Position numbers and translations under genes: made by a program | Source: Candidatus Edwardsbacteria bacterium | Lineage (GTDB): Bacteria > Edwardsbacteria > AC1 > EtOH8 | NCBI GenBank assembly: GCA_020053305.1 | Contig: JAGVNJ010000006.1 | Location: 13,166-77,165 of the forward strand | Reading direction: 5' to 3' | Length of the DNA: 64,000 nucleotides | Notes under the pieces: model-generated | What the model was told of the DNA's origin: nothing | Seen by the model: only the letters and a program-made list of their open reading frames with translations | Database searches by the model: none | Shown here: positions 61,686-64,000 of the stretch, piece by piece | Layout of the letters: each line of letters opens with the position of its first letter | Position numbering within the stretch: the stretch's first letter is position 1

Positions 61686-61798
61686 ATAATCCAAAATATT
61701 ATGGTTTGTTTTTATTTTGCCACAAAAAGCACAGAACACACAAAGATATTAATCGCCACTAAAACACCAAGTATCGATTCCTTATAATCCATTCCCTA

Positions 61799-63598
61799 TC
61801 AATCTCCCACCTTCAGCACCGCCAGAAAGGCCTCCTGGGGTATCTCCACGTTGCCCACTTGCTTCATCCGCTTCTTGCCCTCCTTCTGCTTCTCCAGCAG
61901 TTTCCGCTTGCGGGTGATGTCGCCGCCGTAGCACTTGGCGGTGACGTTCTTACGGTAGGCCTTGACCGACTCCCGGGCGATGATCCGGCTGCCGATGGCC
62001 GCCTGGATGGCGATCTCGTACTGCTGTCTCGGTATCAGCTTGCGCAGCTTCCCCACCAGGGTCTTGCCCCATTCGAAGGAGTGCTGCTTGTGGACGATGG
62101 AGGACAGGGCGTCCAGCGGGTCGCCGTTGATCAGGATGTCCAGCTTGACCAGCTCCGATTCGCGGTATTCCAGCATCTCGTAGTCCAGCGAGGCGTAGCC
62201 CTTGGACAGGCTCTTCAGCTTGTCGTAGAAATCAAAGATGATCTCGGCCAGCGGGAATTCGTAGAACAGTATCCCCCGGGTGGGGTCCAGGTACTCCAGC
62301 TTTTTGTAGATGCCCCGGCGATCCTGTCCCAGCTTCATGATGTTGCCGATGAACTCGGCCGGCACCACGATCTCGGCCGCCACGTAGGGTTCCTCCACCT
62401 TCTCGATGCTGACCTCGGATGGCATCTCGGCCGGGTTGTCCACCTGCAGGACGGTTCCGTCGGTCTTGTAGACCCTGTACTCCACGTTGGGCACGGTGTT
62501 GATCAGGGAAAGGTTGTATTCCCGCTCCAGCCGCTCCTGGACGATCTCCATGTGCAGCATGCCCAGGAACCCGCAGCGGAAGCCGAAGCCCAAAGCCCCC
62601 GAGGTCTCCGGGATGTAGGACAGGGCCGAGTCGTTGAGCACCAGCTTGTCCAAGGCCTCCCGCAGCTCGGGGTACTGCTGGTTCTCGGTGGGGTACAGCC
62701 CGGCGTAGACCATGGGCTTGACCTGCTTGTAGCCCGGCAGGGGTCTTTCGGCCGGATGCTCGGCGTCGGTGATGGTGTCGCCCACCCGGGCGTCGGAGAC
62801 GGTCCGGATGCCGGCCACCACATAGCCCACTTCGCCGGTCAGCAGTTCATCCTTGGGATACAGGCCCAGCTTGAGGGTCCCCACCTCGGTGACCTCGAAG
62901 ATCTTTTCGTTGGAGAACAGTTTTATCTTCATGCCTTTTTTCAGGCTGCCCTCCACCATTCTGATATACGGCACCGCCCCGCGGTAGACATCGAAGATGC
63001 AATCGAAGATCATGGCCCGGGGCGGCCCCCCGGTCTTCCCGGAAGGTGCCGGTATCTTTTCGATGATCACCTGCAGCAACCTGTCGATGCCCAGGCCGGT
63101 CTTGGCGCTGACCAGCAGGATATCCTCGTCGTCGCATCCCAGCAGTTCGATGATCTGCTGTTTGCTGCGCTCCAGCTCGGCCGAGGGCAGGTCGATCTTG
63201 TTGAGGACCGGAATGATGGTCAGGTTGTGGTTGACCGCCTGGTAGAGGTTGGCCACCGTCTGGGCCTCCACCCCCTGGGTGGCGTCCACCACTAAGATGG
63301 CGCCCTCGCAGGCCGCCAGGGAGCGGGAGACCTCGTAGCCGAAATCCACGTGGCCCGGGGTGTCTATCAGGTTGAAGATGTAATCCTGCCCCTCCGGGGA
63401 GCGGTAGTTCATCTTGACCGGATGCATCTTGATGGTGATGCCCCGCTCCCGCTCCAGGTCCATGCTGTCCAGCACCTGCTCCTGCATGTCCTTCTTCATG
63501 ATGGACCCGGTGGTCTCCAGCAGGCGGTCGGCCAGGGTGGACTTCCCGTGGTCTATATGGGCGATGATGCAGAAATTACGGATGTGTGATTGAGACAA
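61799..63598 (-). CDS. lepA: Translation elongation factor 4
   Basis: [35 protein letters not shown], and a C-terminal LepA-specific domain. 599 aa. Confidence 0.97.
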   Translation of the reverse strand: MSQSHIRNFCIIAHIDHGKSTLADRLLETTGSIMKKDMQEQVLDSMDLERERGITIKMHPVKMNYRSPEGQDYIFNLIDTPGHVDFGYEVSRSLAACEGAILVVDATQGVEAQTVANLYQAVNHNLTIIPVLNKIDLPSAELERSKQQIIELLGCDDEDILLVSAKTGLGIDRLLQVIIEKIPAPSGKTGGPPRAMIFDCIFDVYRGAVPYIRMVEGSLKKGMKIKLFSNEKIFEVTEVGTLKLGLYPKDELLTGEVGYVVAGIRTVSDARVGDTITDAEHPAERPLPGYKQVKPMVYAGLYPTENQQYPELREALDKLVLNDSALSYIPETSGALGFGFRCGFLGMLHMEIVQERLEREYNLSLINTVPNVEYRVYKTDGTVLQVDNPAEMPSEVSIEKVEEPYVAAEIVVPAEFIGNIMKLGQDRRGIYKKLEYLDPTRGILFYEFPLAEIIFDFYDKLKSLSKGYASLDYEMLEYRESELVKLDILINGDPLDALSSIVHKQHSFEWGKTLVGKLRKLIPRQQYEIAIQAAIGSRIIARESVKAYRKNVTAKCYGGDITRKRKLLEKQKEGKKRMKQVGNVEIPQEAFLAVLKVGD

Positions 63599-63645
63599 TT
63601 ATTGATGCTCCTATACTTATACTGATTTAAACCGATTCATAAATA

Positions 63646-64000
63646 TCAATCGGGTAGCTTTTGTTTATTCAAGATTGTTTTAGCGACATTTTTATCAACT
63701 CTTCCATGATCTGCCATTTCTATTAATTCATGTTTTGCCAGTAATTCCGCAGGGTTGACGGTTGTTTCCGATATTAGTACCAATTCAAACTCGCGTCGGG
63801 TGTTCCATTCGTCGCCTTCGGACATTGTCGAGTTTGGAACCGCTTCAATGTCATCTTCATTGACGGGCCCTACTAGACGATAGACAAAGCCTTTTGTAAA
63901 CGGACCGGTATGTTTCCAACCTTTAGCAGAACCATTTCCGATCACTACAGACGGTTTATGGGAAAATATTCGGGCAATATCGAATCGCTGGGTTATGGTA
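63646..64000 (-). CDS. Hypothetical protein, C-terminal part (frame remains open to the window end), AT-rich
   Basis: The track ORF starts at a GTG, but manual reading shows no stop upstream to position 64000 (…TITQRFDIARIFSHKPSVVIGNGSAKGW…). No recognisable motif. Confidence 0.4.
   Translation of the reverse strand, partial: TITQRFDIARIFSHKPSVVIGNGSAKGWKHTGPFTKGFVYRLVGPVNEDDIEAVPNSTMSEGDEWNTRREFELVLISETTVNPAELLAKHELIEMADHGRVDKNVAKTILNKQKLPD

Noticed and set aside
60230-63598. lepA followed by two lepB genes as something unusual
   Set aside because: lepA-lepB linkage is classical, and duplicated signal peptidase I genes are common. This is ordinary housekeeping context.
1-64000. tRNA, rRNA, tmRNA or other housekeeping RNA genes in the longer intergenic gaps (21225-21475, 24442-24741, 41597-41847, 45828-46114)
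   Set aside because: No cloverleaf-compatible arms or conserved boxes were recognised by eye. The gaps are explained by REP-like palindromes or promoter regions. tRNAscan/Infernal would be needed for certainty.

Overview
GC-rich chromosomal window from an uncultivated bacterium; T9SS-type C-terminal sorting domains suggest an FCB-like lineage, but this is a guess. AT-rich islands punctuate it, and most genes are on the minus strand.

(1) 1-24441: one long co-oriented operon for a group-4 membrane-bound [NiFe] hydrogenase. It has Hyf-like large, small, FeS, NuoH-like and HyfE-like subunits, three antiporter-like subunits and a HycI protease. An AsrA/AsrB-like FeS-flavin pair sits upstream and an FdhF-like molybdopterin oxidoreductase downstream. 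Accessory genes are embedded throughout: six paralogous four-helix-bundle (23S rRNA IVS protein / Avd-like) genes at intergenic junctions, each bracketed by inverted arrays of short tandem repeats; two solute-binding lipoproteins; a cNMP-binding protein; an AT-rich lipoprotein preceded by 11 copies of a 21-bp repeat; beta-barrel proteins; a TPR protein; and a HEPN/MNT pair. Some cassettes are delimited by triplicated copies of the 3' end of one antiporter-like gene.

(2) 24742-28701: queE/queC/queD/queF (preQ1 synthesis).

(3) 28581-33257: a ~2.3 kb tandem duplication carrying a secreted T9SS-tailed protein.

(4) 33171-41596: a PEP-utilising phosphotransferase, a GNAT/hydrolase cluster and mnmE.

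(5) 41848-45827: tandem outer-membrane paralogs plus an SLBB protein.

(6) 47584-49650: a complete AT-rich retron (promoter, msr-msd ncRNA, NDT-like effector, RT) wedged between gltX and glnS.

(7) 52360-58977: a type I R-M operon with an embedded Fic gene and a palindromic operator cluster.

(8) 58984-64000: a GNAT-like protein, two lepB genes, lepA and a partial ORF.

No rRNA, tRNA or CRISPR array was seen. All family calls come from reading motifs by eye; no searches were run.
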